Source of the DNA: an uncultured Methanomassiliicoccales archaeon
Lineage (GTDB): Archaea > Thermoplasmatota > Thermoplasmata > Methanomassiliicoccales > UBA472
Assembly (NCBI GenBank): GCA_963695345.1
Contig: OY968769.1
Location: 2,144,001-2,208,000, forward strand
Direction of reading: 5' to 3'
Length of the DNA stretch: 64,000 nucleotides
Positions within the stretch are counted from its first letter, which is position 1; every line of letters starts with the position of its first letter. Shown here piece by piece: positions 10,379-22,003 of the stretch. A model generated the notes under the pieces. That model did no database searches and was not told the origin of the DNA. It saw only the letters and a list, made by a program, of their open reading frames with translations. The translations under genes were made by a program, and so were the position numbers.

Positions 10379-11215
10379 TCATTGCTTTCTGCACCCCGCC
10401 TTGAGCTCCCTGACGAAATCCCGTATCTCATGCGGCTTCACCCCATCGATTATCCTGGACAGGATCGCGGAGCCGACGATGACCCCGTCCGCCCCCAGCG
10501 CGGTGATCTCCTTGACATGTTCCTTGGTCGATACACCGAACCCCACCGCCAGCGGAAGGTCCCCCGCCGCCTCCTTGGCCCTCTCTATCAGGGTGGGCAA
10601 CTTTTCGCTCAGAGTGCCCTCTCGCCCCGGTCGTCCCCAACCTACTGACCAGATAGAGGTATCCGCTGGAACGGCCGGCGATGTGCATCATGCGGTCCTC
10701 CGGAGTGGTCGGCGCCACCAGCTGTATCAGGTGGATGCCTTCGTTCATGCAGAACATCTCCAGGGTCAGGGACTCCTCGATCGGCAGGTCGGCCACGATG
10801 AGGCCGTCCACTCCCGCCTTCCTCGCCTGCTTGACGAACTCCTCCTCCCCCATGCGGAAGATGGGGTTGTAATAGCCCATCAGCACGATCGGAACATCGC
10901 ACTTCTCCCTCACCCGGGCGGTCAGCTCGAGCACCCGCTGGGGGGTTACTCCGGCGCGTAGCGCCTCGTCGCTCGCCTTCTGGATGACCGCCCCGTCCGC
11001 CATCGGGTCGCTGAATGGTACACCGATCTCAATGATGTCGGCACCGCCTTCCGAGCATGCGAGAAGATAGCTCAGGGATGTCTCGAACGATGGAAAACCT
11101 CCGGTGAGATAGACGATCAGCGCGCTTTCGTCGCGTTCCTTGCAGTTGCGGAACGCCTCCTCCACCCGTCCTGCCGTCCCCGACCGGTCGTCCGGCCTAA
11201 CGCAGCGTTTTGACA

Positions 11216-11219
<4 letters not shown>
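10379..11219 (-). CDS. trpA: Tryptophan synthase alpha chain (+1 frameshift near 10618)
   Basis: IEIGVPFSDPMADG, LMGYYNP, SRLGTTGAR. The C-terminus AVGFGVS...ADGVIVGSA is in ORF 10379..10600. Confidence 0.95.
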
Positions 11220-12394
<1,175 letters not shown>

Positions 12395-12395
<1 letters not shown>

Positions 12396-13019
12396 TATTG
12401 AACGCTCCTTGCGTTTGAGATGAACTTCTCTATCAGGTCAGTGGACTTCCGGCCGCCGGTCTCCACTCCGGAGGAAACGTCCACGGCGAACGGGTGCACC
12501 TCCCGGATGGCTTCGACCACATTGCCTGGGTTCAAGACCGCCGGCAAGCACCACCGGGAATGGGTCCACCGCCTCCACTATCTCGGCGCTGACGCTCCAA
12601 TCATGCTTGACGCCGTTACCGCCGAACGTTGGCGAAGCGGTGTCGAGAACCAGCCCGGAGCATTTCCCGACCAGCTTCTCCGACCTCTCCAGCTCGTCTC
12701 CCCAGCCCACCGGCTGGAGCGCCCAGACATCGCACGGTATGGCGTTGGCGATCGCCTCCACGTCTTCCACATCCATCACCGAGTGCAGCTGGAGCACGTC
12801 CGGTTTCAGGACCCGGACGATCTGTTTCAGGACCTCCTCGCTCTGGCAGGTGGTGACGATGACCTTCCTGCATTTCGCCATCGACATGAGCTGCTCCGCC
12901 CTGGATATGGTAAGCTCCCTCCTGGAGCTGGTCTCGACGATGAAGCCGACATAGTCGGCCTTGCGTGAGGATATTATGTCCTCTTCCCTCAGCATTCCGC
13001 AGACCTTCACCTTGATCAT
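12395..13019 (-). CDS. trpF: Phosphoribosylanthranilate isomerase (+1 frameshift near 12534)
   Basis: VKVCG, LQLH, GGNG..HDW, LAGGL. The shifted frame continues NPGNV...AVDVSSGVE. Confidence 0.93.
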
Positions 13020-13805
13020 CTTGGCACCACCAGTCCCCTCAGCCTGCTCTCCGGGTCGTCCGCCGCGGCCAGCTCGGTCCCGATCAGGACACCGGCCGCA
13101 CCGGCATCACGGGCCTCGATGACCTGTTCCCGGGCCGAGATACCGGACATCACTATTATCGGTTTGGTCTTGTGGGCCAGGTTGCTCAGGAGCCGGACTC
13201 CTTTTTCCGGTTCTATCTCCATGGTGCGCAGGTCCCTCTGATTGATGCCGACGACGTCGGCGGGGCTCTTCAGGCATTGCAGGAGCTCCACCTCATCGGC
13301 CGCCTCGAGCAGGACCTCGAGGCCTCTATCATGTGCATAGCCTATCAGGGCATCCCTCCGCACCGCCACCATCCGCGATGAGAACACCCTCTGGATCAGG
13401 AGCACCGCGCTGGCGCCATGCCGGGCGGCAGCATCGATCTGGTTCCTGGAGATGACGAAATCCTTCATCAGGACCGGGACCGGATGCGACGATGCCACGG
13501 CGAGGAGCTGCAGGCTGCCCTTGAAGAACCTGGGTTCCGTGAGGACTGACAGAGCGGTGGCTCCGCCCCTCAGGTAATGGGACATGAGCTGTTCCGGATC
13601 ATGGCCGGAGATGCTGCCGCTGGAAGGGGAGGCCATCTTGACCTCGGCGATGATGGGGAACTGATTCCGAGCACTGGAGCGCCTTCGCCAGAGGCCTCCT
13701 TATCGGACGGATGTAGGGAGTGGCCGTCTCGATGTCGTAATAATTGGAAGCGAGCAGCAGCTCGGCGTTCTTGACCAGTTCCTCCAGCGTATTCTCCCTC
13801 ATCAA
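13016..13805 (-). CDS. trpC: Indole-3-glycerol phosphate synthase (+1 frameshift near 13676)
   Basis: Joined ORFs give PIIAEVKMASPSSG, SVLTEPRFFKGS, LMKDF, GINQRDL. Confidence 0.93.
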
Positions 13806-14815
13806 TCCACAGCCCTGCTCATCTCGACGAAACCGGTGAGCACCTTCATCGCCCTCCCGGAATCGATGGAAACGCTTGCCATATCGATTCCCTCCTCGAT
13901 ATTCTTAACCCTATTGCAGGCGAACAGGGCACATGCGCTGTTTAGCACCACGATATCCCTTCTCGGTCCAGGTGAGCCGGAGAGCACCCGGCGGGCCACC
14001 TTGGCTGCCAGGTCCGGTGTCAGTTCGGATATGACCTCCGGTCTCGGGGGGTCGATGCCCAGTGACCGGGGGACGATCTCGAACCGTTCCGTCCTTCCCC
14101 GGTCCAGCAGCACCGCCTGGGTCGTGCCCAATGTGGACACCTCATCCATACCCGGGTACCCGTGGACCACCAGCGCCCGGGTGATCCCCAGGTCGTTCAT
14201 GATCCCGGGGACGACGTCCAGTAGCCTTTGGTCGTACACTCCCATGAGCTGCATTCGTTCCGCCTCCACCGGGTTCAGCAGAGGGCCTATGACATTGAAC
14301 ACGGTCTTGGAGCGCAGCTCCTTCCGCACCGCTGCCACGTGCCTCATGGCCGGGTGATACTGCGGGGCGAACAGGAAGGTCATGCCGATCTCGTCCAGCA
14401 TCCTCCCGGCCCGTTCGGGCCCGATGATCGGGTTGGCCCCGAGCGCCGCGAGCAGGTCGGCGCTGCCGCAGACACCGGAGCTGGACCGATTCCCGTGCTT
14501 GGCCACCGGCATGTCGCAGCCGGCCACGACGAACGCGGAGATGGTGGAGACATTGAAGGTCCGGAAAGGGGCCCCGCCAGTTCCGCAAAGGTCGGCGACC
14601 GTGCGGTGCCTGGTCTGCACCTTTACCGATGCCTCCGCGAACGCCTCGGCGAACGCCCTGATCTGCTCCGGGGTCTCACCCTTGGCCGACAATGATGAGA
14701 GCGTCGTCATCATCTCCTCGTGAGAGGCCCGACCGCACACCATGTCATCAGCCAGCTCGGAAATGCTCGCCCTGCTGAGGTCTGTTCGCACAACTGACTC
14801 GATCATATTCAGCAC
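13802..14815 (-). CDS. trpD: Anthranilate phosphoribosyltransferase
   Basis: DLCGTGG, FNVST, KHGNRS.S..GSAD, FAPQYHPAM. Confidence 0.96.
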   Translation of the reverse strand: MLNMIESVVRTDLSRASISELADDMVCGRASHEEMMTTLSSLSAKGETPEQIRAFAEAFAEASVKVQTRHRTVADLCGTGGAPFRTFNVSTISAFVVAGCDMPVAKHGNRSSSGVCGSADLLAALGANPIIGPERAGRMLDEIGMTFLFAPQYHPAMRHVAAVRKELRSKTVFNVIGPLLNPVEAERMQLMGVYDQRLLDVVPGIMNDLGITRALVVHGYPGMDEVSTLGTTQAVLLDRGRTERFEIVPRSLGIDPPRPEVISELTPDLAAKVARRVLSGSPGPRRDIVVLNSACALFACNRVKNIEEGIDMASVSIDSGRAMKVLTGFVEMSRAVD

Positions 14816-15391
14816 CTCGCCTCGGCGATGAAATTGGCCAACATGCTCTTCCCCTTGGGCGTGAGGATCGATTCCGGGTGGAACTGGACCCCCTCGATCG
14901 GATACTTGCTGTGTCTGATGCCCATTATGGTGCCGTCCGCGGTGCGGGCGGTCACCTTCAGGGTCTCGGGCAATTCCTGTCCGACCACCAATGAGTGGTA
15001 CCGCCCCACCGTCAGCGAATCCTCGAGGCCGGCGAACACCCCTTCCCCGTCATGTTCGATGACCGAGGTCTTGCCGTGCATCAGTTCGGCGGCCCGCATG
15101 ACCTTTCCACCGTAGTAATGGGCGATGCCCTGGTGTCCCAGACAGACACCGAGGGTGGGTACCGTGGGGCAGATATCGGTGAGCGCCTCGGCGCAGACGC
15201 CGAAGTCCCTCTTGATCCCCGGATGCCCCGGCCCGGGCGATATCATTATGGCGTCCGGGTCGAACCGCCTTATGCCCTCGGACGTCGATGGCATCGTTTC
15301 GGACCACGGTTATCTGCGGGCCAAGCTCTCCCAAGTGCTGCTTCAGATTGTAAACGAACGAATCATAATTGTCCAACAACAATATCCTCAT
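14809..15391 (-). CDS. trpG: Anthranilate synthase component II (+1 frameshift near 15280)
   Basis: MRILLLDNYDSFVYN joined to ISPGPG, GVCLGHQ, RYHSL, QFHPES. Confidence 0.95.
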
Positions 15392-16758
15392 GCTGTCGCC
15401 CTCCGGTTGCATGCCTCGATGGCCTTCTTGACCGCCTTGAGCTTGTTCTCGGCCTCGACGAACTCCCGCTCCGGGTCGGAGTCGGCGACGATGCCGGCCC
15501 CGGCCTGGATGAAGATACGGTCATCGGCAATGAACGCGGAACGGATGGCGATGGCGGAATCGAGGTTCCCGTTCAACGATAGGTAGCCCACCGCTCCGGC
15601 GTACGGTCCGCGGGATCCACCTTCCAGTTCCTGGATGATCTCCATGGCGCGGGGCTTAGGGGCACCGGACACCGTACCGGCGGGGAAGACCGCGCAGAAC
15701 GCCTCGAACGCCGTCCTGCCCTGTTCCAGGGTCCCCTGCACCTTGGATACCATGTGCTGTACGTGGCTGAACTCTTCCACCTGCATGAAGACCGGCACGT
15801 GCACCGAACCGATCTCGCACACCTTGCCGACGTCGTTCCTGGCCAGGTCGACGAGCATGCAGTGCTCCGCTCTTTCCTTCTCATCCGCCAGCATATCCTC
15901 CCGATAGGCGCGCTTCTCCTTGGGGGTCGTCCCCATCGGCCTGGTCCCGGCGATCGGGAAGGTGATGACCTCCCCTTTCCTGACGGTGACCAGCGTCTCC
16001 GGGCTGGAGCCGAGGACGACCCGTCCGCCGAAATCGAAATAGAACATGTAGGGGGATGGATTGAGCTCGCGGAGCGCTCGGTATAGGTCAAGCGAGTTCC
16101 CCGAGCAGATCGAGGAGAGCGACCGGGAAGCCACTATCTGGAACGCCTCCCCGGCGGCGATCCGGTCGCGACATATGGAGACGATCCTCTCGTACCGCTC
16201 CTGGGGCATTGATGGTACCAGTTCACCGGTCCGGAACGGTTCGTCCCCCGCCTGGGGAATTCCGGCCTCGAGCACGAGCCTCAACCGGTCGGCGCCATCC
16301 ACCGAGAAGTAGTACGCCTGGAAACTGGAATGATCGAAGATGATCCCTTCCTTGTACATCCCCAGTTCGAAGTCGGGGAAGGCCCCGCCACCTAGCATCA
16401 TCGTGGAGGGTTCGATGAACCGGGCGAAATCGTAGGAGAAATATCCGACCAGGCCTCCCAGGAACGGGAACCGCGCATCCTTTATCGGGTCCTTTGAGGA
16501 AAGGCAGTTCAAGAATGGGATGGGCTCGTCCCGGCTCACGCCGCAGTCCGGTCCCCCTTCCACATGCCCCTTGACGCAGCGGACCACATATTCCGGCTGA
16601 AATCCCATGAACGAGTAGGAGACCGTCCTTTCGGAACCGACCGCGCTCTCCAGCAGGAAGGAGCACTCGGACACGCCCGACAAGCGGTCGTACAGCTCCG
16701 CGGGGGTGAGGCCGAGGTCCAACTTTTCAATCTTGACTCTGCTGTCGCCGACTGTCAT
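15388..16758 (-). CDS. trpE: Anthranilate synthase component I
   Basis: FLLESA, NPSPYM, GSSPE, PIAGTR, EH.MLVDLARND, FPAGTVSGAPK. The start may be 16758 (leaderless) or 16782. Confidence 0.96.
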   Translation of the reverse strand: MTVGDSRVKIEKLDLGLTPAELYDRLSGVSECSFLLESAVGSERTVSYSFMGFQPEYVVRCVKGHVEGGPDCGVSRDEPIPFLNCLSSKDPIKDARFPFLGGLVGYFSYDFARFIEPSTMMLGGGAFPDFELGMYKEGIIFDHSSFQAYYFSVDGADRLRLVLEAGIPQAGDEPFRTGELVPSMPQERYERIVSICRDRIAAGEAFQIVASRSLSSICSGNSLDLYRALRELNPSPYMFYFDFGGRVVLGSSPETLVTVRKGEVITFPIAGTRPMGTTPKEKRAYREDMLADEKERAEHCMLVDLARNDVGKVCEIGSVHVPVFMQVEEFSHVQHMVSKVQGTLEQGRTAFEAFCAVFPAGTVSGAPKPRAMEIIQELEGGSRGPYAGAVGYLSLNGNLDSAIAIRSAFIADDRIFIQAGAGIVADSDPEREFVEAENKLKAVKKAIEACNRRATA

Positions 16759-16765
16759 GACAATA

Positions 16766-16811
16766 GGTACATCAATGACCATATATAATCATTATTGTAC
16801 AAATATATACA
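16766..16811. promoter_or_regulatory. trp promoter with TRP-box-like pairs (putative TrpY sites)
   Basis: TGTACA-N4-TATACA at 16796-16811 and degenerate GGTACA-N4-TGACCA at 16766-16781, around TTATATAT on the minus strand (16788-16781). Confidence 0.6.
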
Positions 16812-16886
16812 TTATATGGTTTAGGGGGTGCGCGGGGCAACCGATTAGTACATGCCTCGGCACAACCGTCCGTGGACGGTGATAGG

Positions 16887-17462
16887 ATGAAGGTCATTGC
16901 TTTCAACGGCAGCCCAAGGACCAACGGGAACACCTACCAGGCACTCGCGGTCGTCCTTGATGAACTGGAGAAGAACGGCATATCGACGAAGATGATCAAC
17001 CTCTGCGAGCAGGAGATCCATGGATGCAAGGCGTGCGGGGCCTGTTCCAAGAACAAGGACCGCAAGTGCGTAATGAAGGACGATGGGGTGAACGACTTCA
17101 TAGAGATCATCGCCAAATGCGATGGCATGGTGCTCGGCTCACCGGTATACTTCGGGGGCCTGACCTCGCAGACCAAGGCCTTCATCGACCGGGTCGGATA
17201 CGTCAACCGGGCCAACGGGGACCTGTTCAAGCGCAAGGTGGGGGCGGCGGTGGCCATCAACCGGAGGGCCGGTGCCCTGGAGACCTTCAACCAGATCAAC
17301 AACTTCTTCCTTATCGCTCAGATGATCGTTCCCGGTTCCAGCTATTGGAACGTCGGCACGGCCCTCAGGCAGGGGGAGTTCGCGAACGATGTCGAAGGTG
17401 TCAACACCATGCGGAACCTCGGTCAGAACATCGCTTGGTTGTTGGAAAAGATCAATAAATGA
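16887..17462 (+). CDS. Iron-sulfur flavoprotein (Isf / multimeric flavodoxin family)
   Basis: NGSPRTNGNT, CKACGAC.....C cluster motif, GSPVYFG; GGTGA RBS. Confidence 0.9.
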   Translation: MKVIAFNGSPRTNGNTYQALAVVLDELEKNGISTKMINLCEQEIHGCKACGACSKNKDRKCVMKDDGVNDFIEIIAKCDGMVLGSPVYFGGLTSQTKAFIDRVGYVNRANGDLFKRKVGAAVAINRRAGALETFNQINNFFLIAQMIVPGSSYWNVGTALRQGEFANDVEGVNTMRNLGQNIAWLLEKINK

Positions 17463-17769
17463 CCTTGGGTGAAGGATTTCGACGACCGTTCAAATCCTTT
17501 TCATTAATAATTTAATCTTATGGAATAGTTAATTATCCCGATAAAAGACGATTTCAAGCTCATATAATATATAAATATTTCATATATGCCAGTTGGACGA
17601 GAAAACGCGAATCGGTCTGCGACAGAAGTTTATAGGATAAAATGCTACATCTATATCACCAAAGATTCGGTCGGAGTCGGAATTGAGACATTGGTTAGGA
17701 CAGCCGTCAACGGTTTTCTGATTGTCGCCGCATCGTAGTCCTTGCGCAAACCTTTCGGGGGAATTGAGT

Positions 17770-19581
17770 TTGTCGAACAATAGTCGTGATAGGTTAAAAG
17801 TAGTGGTCATTCTAGCGTTGGGCCTGCTAGCACTGCTGGTGTTGTGCCTTCCGAACACGAGCGCTTCACCTACGATCGTTGGTTCAGTCGATATGGACCT
17901 GAATTCCGCTCACATCGTCTGGTTGAACGCCACCGCCGACCCTGAACCCACCCCGTCCGAATTGAAGGGAACCGGATTGGGAGAGGGAACGGCCATCATC
18001 ACATCGACCCCTGAAAAAGGAATTAAAGGGACCTATGTCGTGGTCACCGGTTCTGGATTCTCGACAAATGGCAACGCACAGGTCCTATTCGGCGGCGTCC
18101 CGATCGGCCTGGGAACCTCCGACGATCAGGGAAACCTCATTCCAGTAGGGGTGGTCATACCCCAGGTGTCGGCCGGCGCGTTCGAACTGACCGTCATTGA
18201 TGACAACGGTGTCTACGGGGTCGACTCCTTCACCGTGATCGATGATACCCCTATCGATATCACCGTTGACGTGGGTGCATTGCATTTCAATGGGGAGATG
18301 GTATCCATCTACGCCACCACCACCATCAATGGGAACCTGGTCGACGTGGACTACCTGAACGCCACGCTGTATGCACCGGACGGTTCCGAGATCGACCTGT
18401 CATGTACCGCGACCCGGATATCCACGGGAGTATACCTGTTCTCGACCACCGTTCCCATGACCGCCGGGACCGGTGACCACGCTATGGTGCTCAATGCCAG
18501 CAAATCGTGCACCCATCACGGCGCGTCCGTGTCCGCGTTTGTGATCAGCCCGACCCTGTCCGGCCTCGGGGCAACTCTCAGCGACATCAAGAACGACACC
18601 GCCACGGTCATCACGACGTTGGGTTCGATCCGGATCGACCTGAGCAAGGTCAATGCCACGGTCATCTCCATCCAGGGAAAGATCATAGAGGTAGGGACGG
18701 TACTGGGAACTGTAGAAGGCACCCTGGACCAGATCCACGGCACGGTCATCTCGATCAACGGAACGGTCGTCCGGCTGAGGACGGACCTGGGAATCGTCAA
18801 CAGCACCGTCAACCACCTCCATGCCCACATCATCGCCATGCAGGGGACTCTGGCGACCATCGAGACCGATCTCGGTTACGTCAACGTCACGATCGCCGGC
18901 ATCCACGCGACAGTGAGCGAGGTCCAGGGCAGGTTGGCCACGGTCCAGACGGACCTTGGGTCCATCAACGTAACGGTCAACGATATCCACGCCCAGATCA
19001 TGGCCGTCCAGGGTAACTTGGCCGTGGTCCAGACCGACCTCGGCGCCATGAACGTCTCCATGAGCGCCATCCATGGACAGGTGGAGACCATCCAAGGAAC
19101 GGTGGCCGTCATCATTACCGATCTCGGTTCGATCAACTCGACCGTGGAAAGCATCCATTCGAGCGTGATGGGCATCGATGACGACCTGATCCAGATCGAT
19201 ACCACCCTGGGGATCGTCCAGACCAACCTGTCCAGCGTGAACGCCGAGCTCGACGGTCTGAACGGTACGGTGGCCACCATCAGGACGGACATCGGCCTGA
19301 TCAACGCGAGTCTGACGGACATCAGGTTCAGGATAGTTGCGCTGGAAGGCGATTCCGCAACCATCGTATCAACGGTAGGAAGCATCCAAGGGACAGTCAC
19401 CGGAATGAACGGCACCGTGGCGACCATCGACACCAACATGGGGGAGGCGCTGGTGGACATAGGGGCGATTCAGAACAAGGCCAACGGGATCGACACGAGC
19501 ACGCTCTTCGGAGCCGGCATCTTTACCGTGCTGGCGATCATAATCCTCATGGTCGTGATCCTAAGGACGAGGAAGCGATGA
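17770..19581 (+). CDS. Membrane-anchored cell-surface protein: signal peptide, Ig/IPT-like domains, 28-aa repeat stalk, C-terminal TM helix and basic tail
   Basis: Hydrophobic N-terminus ending TSA, VVVTGSGFS IPT-like motif, tandem TDLG repeats, TM helix followed by RTRKR. The start codon is uncertain (TTG 17764/17770). Confidence 0.8.
   Translation: MSNNSRDRLKVVVILALGLLALLVLCLPNTSASPTIVGSVDMDLNSAHIVWLNATADPEPTPSELKGTGLGEGTAIITSTPEKGIKGTYVVVTGSGFSTNGNAQVLFGGVPIGLGTSDDQGNLIPVGVVIPQVSAGAFELTVIDDNGVYGVDSFTVIDDTPIDITVDVGALHFNGEMVSIYATTTINGNLVDVDYLNATLYAPDGSEIDLSCTATRISTGVYLFSTTVPMTAGTGDHAMVLNASKSCTHHGASVSAFVISPTLSGLGATLSDIKNDTATVITTLGSIRIDLSKVNATVISIQGKIIEVGTVLGTVEGTLDQIHGTVISINGTVVRLRTDLGIVNSTVNHLHAHIIAMQGTLATIETDLGYVNVTIAGIHATVSEVQGRLATVQTDLGSINVTVNDIHAQIMAVQGNLAVVQTDLGAMNVSMSAIHGQVETIQGTVAVIITDLGSINSTVESIHSSVMGIDDDLIQIDTTLGIVQTNLSSVNAELDGLNGTVATIRTDIGLINASLTDIRFRIVALEGDSATIVSTVGSIQGTVTGMNGTVATIDTNMGEALVDIGAIQNKANGIDTSTLFGAGIFTVLAIIILMVVILRTRKR
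18571..19473 (+). repeat. Intragenic 84-nt (28-aa) degenerate tandem repeat, about 11 units
   Basis: Units start at 18571, 18655, 18739 ... 19243, followed by a 21-aa unit at 19327 and a final unit at 19390. Consensus resembles atv..iqGtlatiqTDLG.iNvtv..IH. Confidence 0.85.
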
Positions 19582-19840
19582 AGGAAACCTCCTTGGATCG
19601 GAAGAACGCGAAGACGTGAGAGTGGGCGCAATCCAGGTCCCAGCGGGGTATTTCCGACATGGTAACCTAGCTGAAGCCATTCTTGAATTGGATTGTTCGG
19701 CTCTACCGATGTACCTAACGCCAATAGAAGAAGCCAGGTCCACCGAGGGCTATCGCCGAGGTGACCGCATGTTCACTGGGAGTGTCTTACTTGCATGGCC
19801 GTTCCGAATGACGGTCAGCCACCGGTATTGGTCCCTACCT

Positions 19841-20113
19841 CTAGAGGTGGGTCCTCAGCGTATCCAGGTCCATGGTGAGCTGGATAACGTCCCCCACGAC
19901 ACCGATCTGGTCCGTCCTGATCTTGATCTTGGCCTTGCTCATGAACGGCTTCTTGACGTTCAACGGTTTGACCATGTCCTTGTGCAGCTCGACGACCAGG
20001 CTCATTACCGTCCATCTGGAGGTGTCGATGTTGCTACCCACCATGTCTCCCAGGTTCCTTCCGTCCTTGGTGATAACGTGCTTTCGCTCGATACTTGAAA
20101 GTTCGATTGGCAT
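19841..20113 (-). CDS. PRC-barrel domain protein
   Basis: LSSI..K.VITKDGRNLG...I....W.V..LVV...I..DQI..VGDVI pattern. Confidence 0.85.
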   Translation of the reverse strand: MPIELSSIERKHVITKDGRNLGDMVGSNIDTSRWTVMSLVVELHKDMVKPLNVKKPFMSKAKIKIRTDQIGVVGDVIQLTMDLDTLRTHL

Positions 20114-20452
20114 CCTGCATCCCTATTATCTTAAAAGTATTATTTTGTATAAATATTGTTATCTCTACTATCCATTGATTGAAATCAATGACAGAGACGG
20201 ATCGCTAAGGCAATCCGTTCCCTACCTGATCATCAATCACCTCTCAGGAAAAGTTAGTCCAAACACGGGATTTTAGCTAGTGCAGGTCGTGAAGTGTCAA
20301 ATAAGACCTGGTAGGGATGGCCGATAATACTTGGTTCCATGGGATCCCAAAGTAACAGAGTACTAAGATAACACCAATGGTCAGGCTCGTCTGGTTCGAT
20401 CAACTACCATGGGACTATTCGCTATTCCTTCCTTGAATTCATCAATCGAACT

Positions 20453-21779
20453 CTATTGGAATGGTCTTCCTGTTGGGTTATCCTTACTCTTTGCCCTCCC
20501 GAGCAATTGATAGAATAGGGCAAGGAAAATGAATATTGCCAGACCAGCCACAAGAACCTCCAACGGCAGGCTCAGCATGAAGACCCCGAGGATTGTTATG
20601 CCGATCACCGGCAGGTAAGGGTAAAGAGGCATCCTGAACGGAGGCGTGATCCCCGTTCTTCTGAAGTGGATAACATCAAAGCCGACAATGAGATAATCGA
20701 ACATCAAACTGAAAGTCACTATGGATACGATCAGATAGACATTACCGGCAAATAACATGATCACTCCTATGATGGCGGATACGATGATGCCATTCTCCGC
20801 CGTACCCCTATCGGAATTGTAGCGCATGAGCGTTCTTGGAAGTAGGCCATCTGCGCTCATTTGGTATATCGATCTCGATGAGGTTAGTATCATTGCCAAT
20901 GTGGCTGAGGCGGTTGCAACCAGGGCCCCTATTCCAACGACCACGAACAGCCATGAAGGGGCACCGCTGCTGTACCAAGGCGAAGGTCAGAGGGTCCGTT
21001 CCGATCTGGTAGGACGATGGCGGCACCAACAGCAACAATGATACGACGACCATCATGTACAGCACTACGCTTATCAGGACCGCGGCCAGGATCGCTTTTG
21101 CCGTTCCTTTTCTTCCTCCCTTTATTCTCCCGGAGAAGGTGGCTATGGACTGGAAGCCAGAATAGGCGAAGAAGATGGCGATGCTTGCAGCAAATATGCC
21201 CTGGAATCCACCAACAGAAAAATCGAACGTGAAGTGAGAGGCGGCCCCGGTACCCGATCCGCTAAACGCGACGTACGCCGCAAAACCGATGAACAAGAAG
21301 AGTATCCCAATTTTGATCACAACGAGGACCAAGTCGGTCTCCGCGGCTTTCTTCACTCCCAATAGATTGATGGTCGAGAGCGCTGCGATAAGAAGTATGG
21401 CGAATGGTATCGCATAGCTGTTCGCCGGAAGGCCCACAATGCTTGAAAGATAGGCACCGAAACCTAAGGATATGACCGATATCGATACGGCCAAGCTCAG
21501 ATATCTGAATATGCCAGTAATAAAACCGAGCCTGGCTCCGAACGCCTTAAAGGTGTACGAGTAGGAGGCGCCTTTTACATTCGGCATGATGGAGCTGAGC
21601 TCTCCCAACTCAAGTGCCAGGATCAGTGCTACCGTGCCGACCACTGCAAACGCTATCAAAGCGTCCGCTCCCGCCAATGCGATCGAAGTGCCGCTGAGAA
21701 CGAATATGCCTGCGCCGATGATGGCTCCAAGTCCCACTGAGGTCGCTACCGGGATACCGATCAGCTTTCTCTCTTCCAT
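20453..21779 (-). CDS. APC-family amino acid permease (+1 frameshift near 20975)
   Basis: GAIIGAGIF, FFAYSGF, SR.IY.MS.DGLLP, PFRMPLYP. ORFs 20808..21779 and 20453..20944 join when one G is removed. Confidence 0.9.
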
Positions 21780-22003
21780 CGAAATTGATTGGGACTAGGC
21801 AGTATAGAATACTCAGGATAGCAGGAGGGTTCGAAGGGGAGTAGGAACGATACGATCATCCCGTCGGATATACTCCACACAGTCCAGTACCGCTTTTCAT
21901 TTCCTTACGATCGAATTCAGCTTCATCTCTGTTCGGGCCAGCCTGAGTCTCCCAATTAATGAGCATTTAGCTGCCAATCCATTTCTCGGGATCCGTTCGA
22001 GGC

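Noticed and set aside
16887-17462. WrbA-like 'Trp repressor binding protein' link to the adjacent trp operon
   Set aside because: The protein has the Isf cysteine motif, and the WrbA name does not reflect an established role in trp regulation.
18571-19473. CRISPR array or DNA-level repeat element
   Set aside because: The periodicity is an in-frame 84-nt protein repeat with degenerate DNA sequence; there are no identical repeats or spacers.
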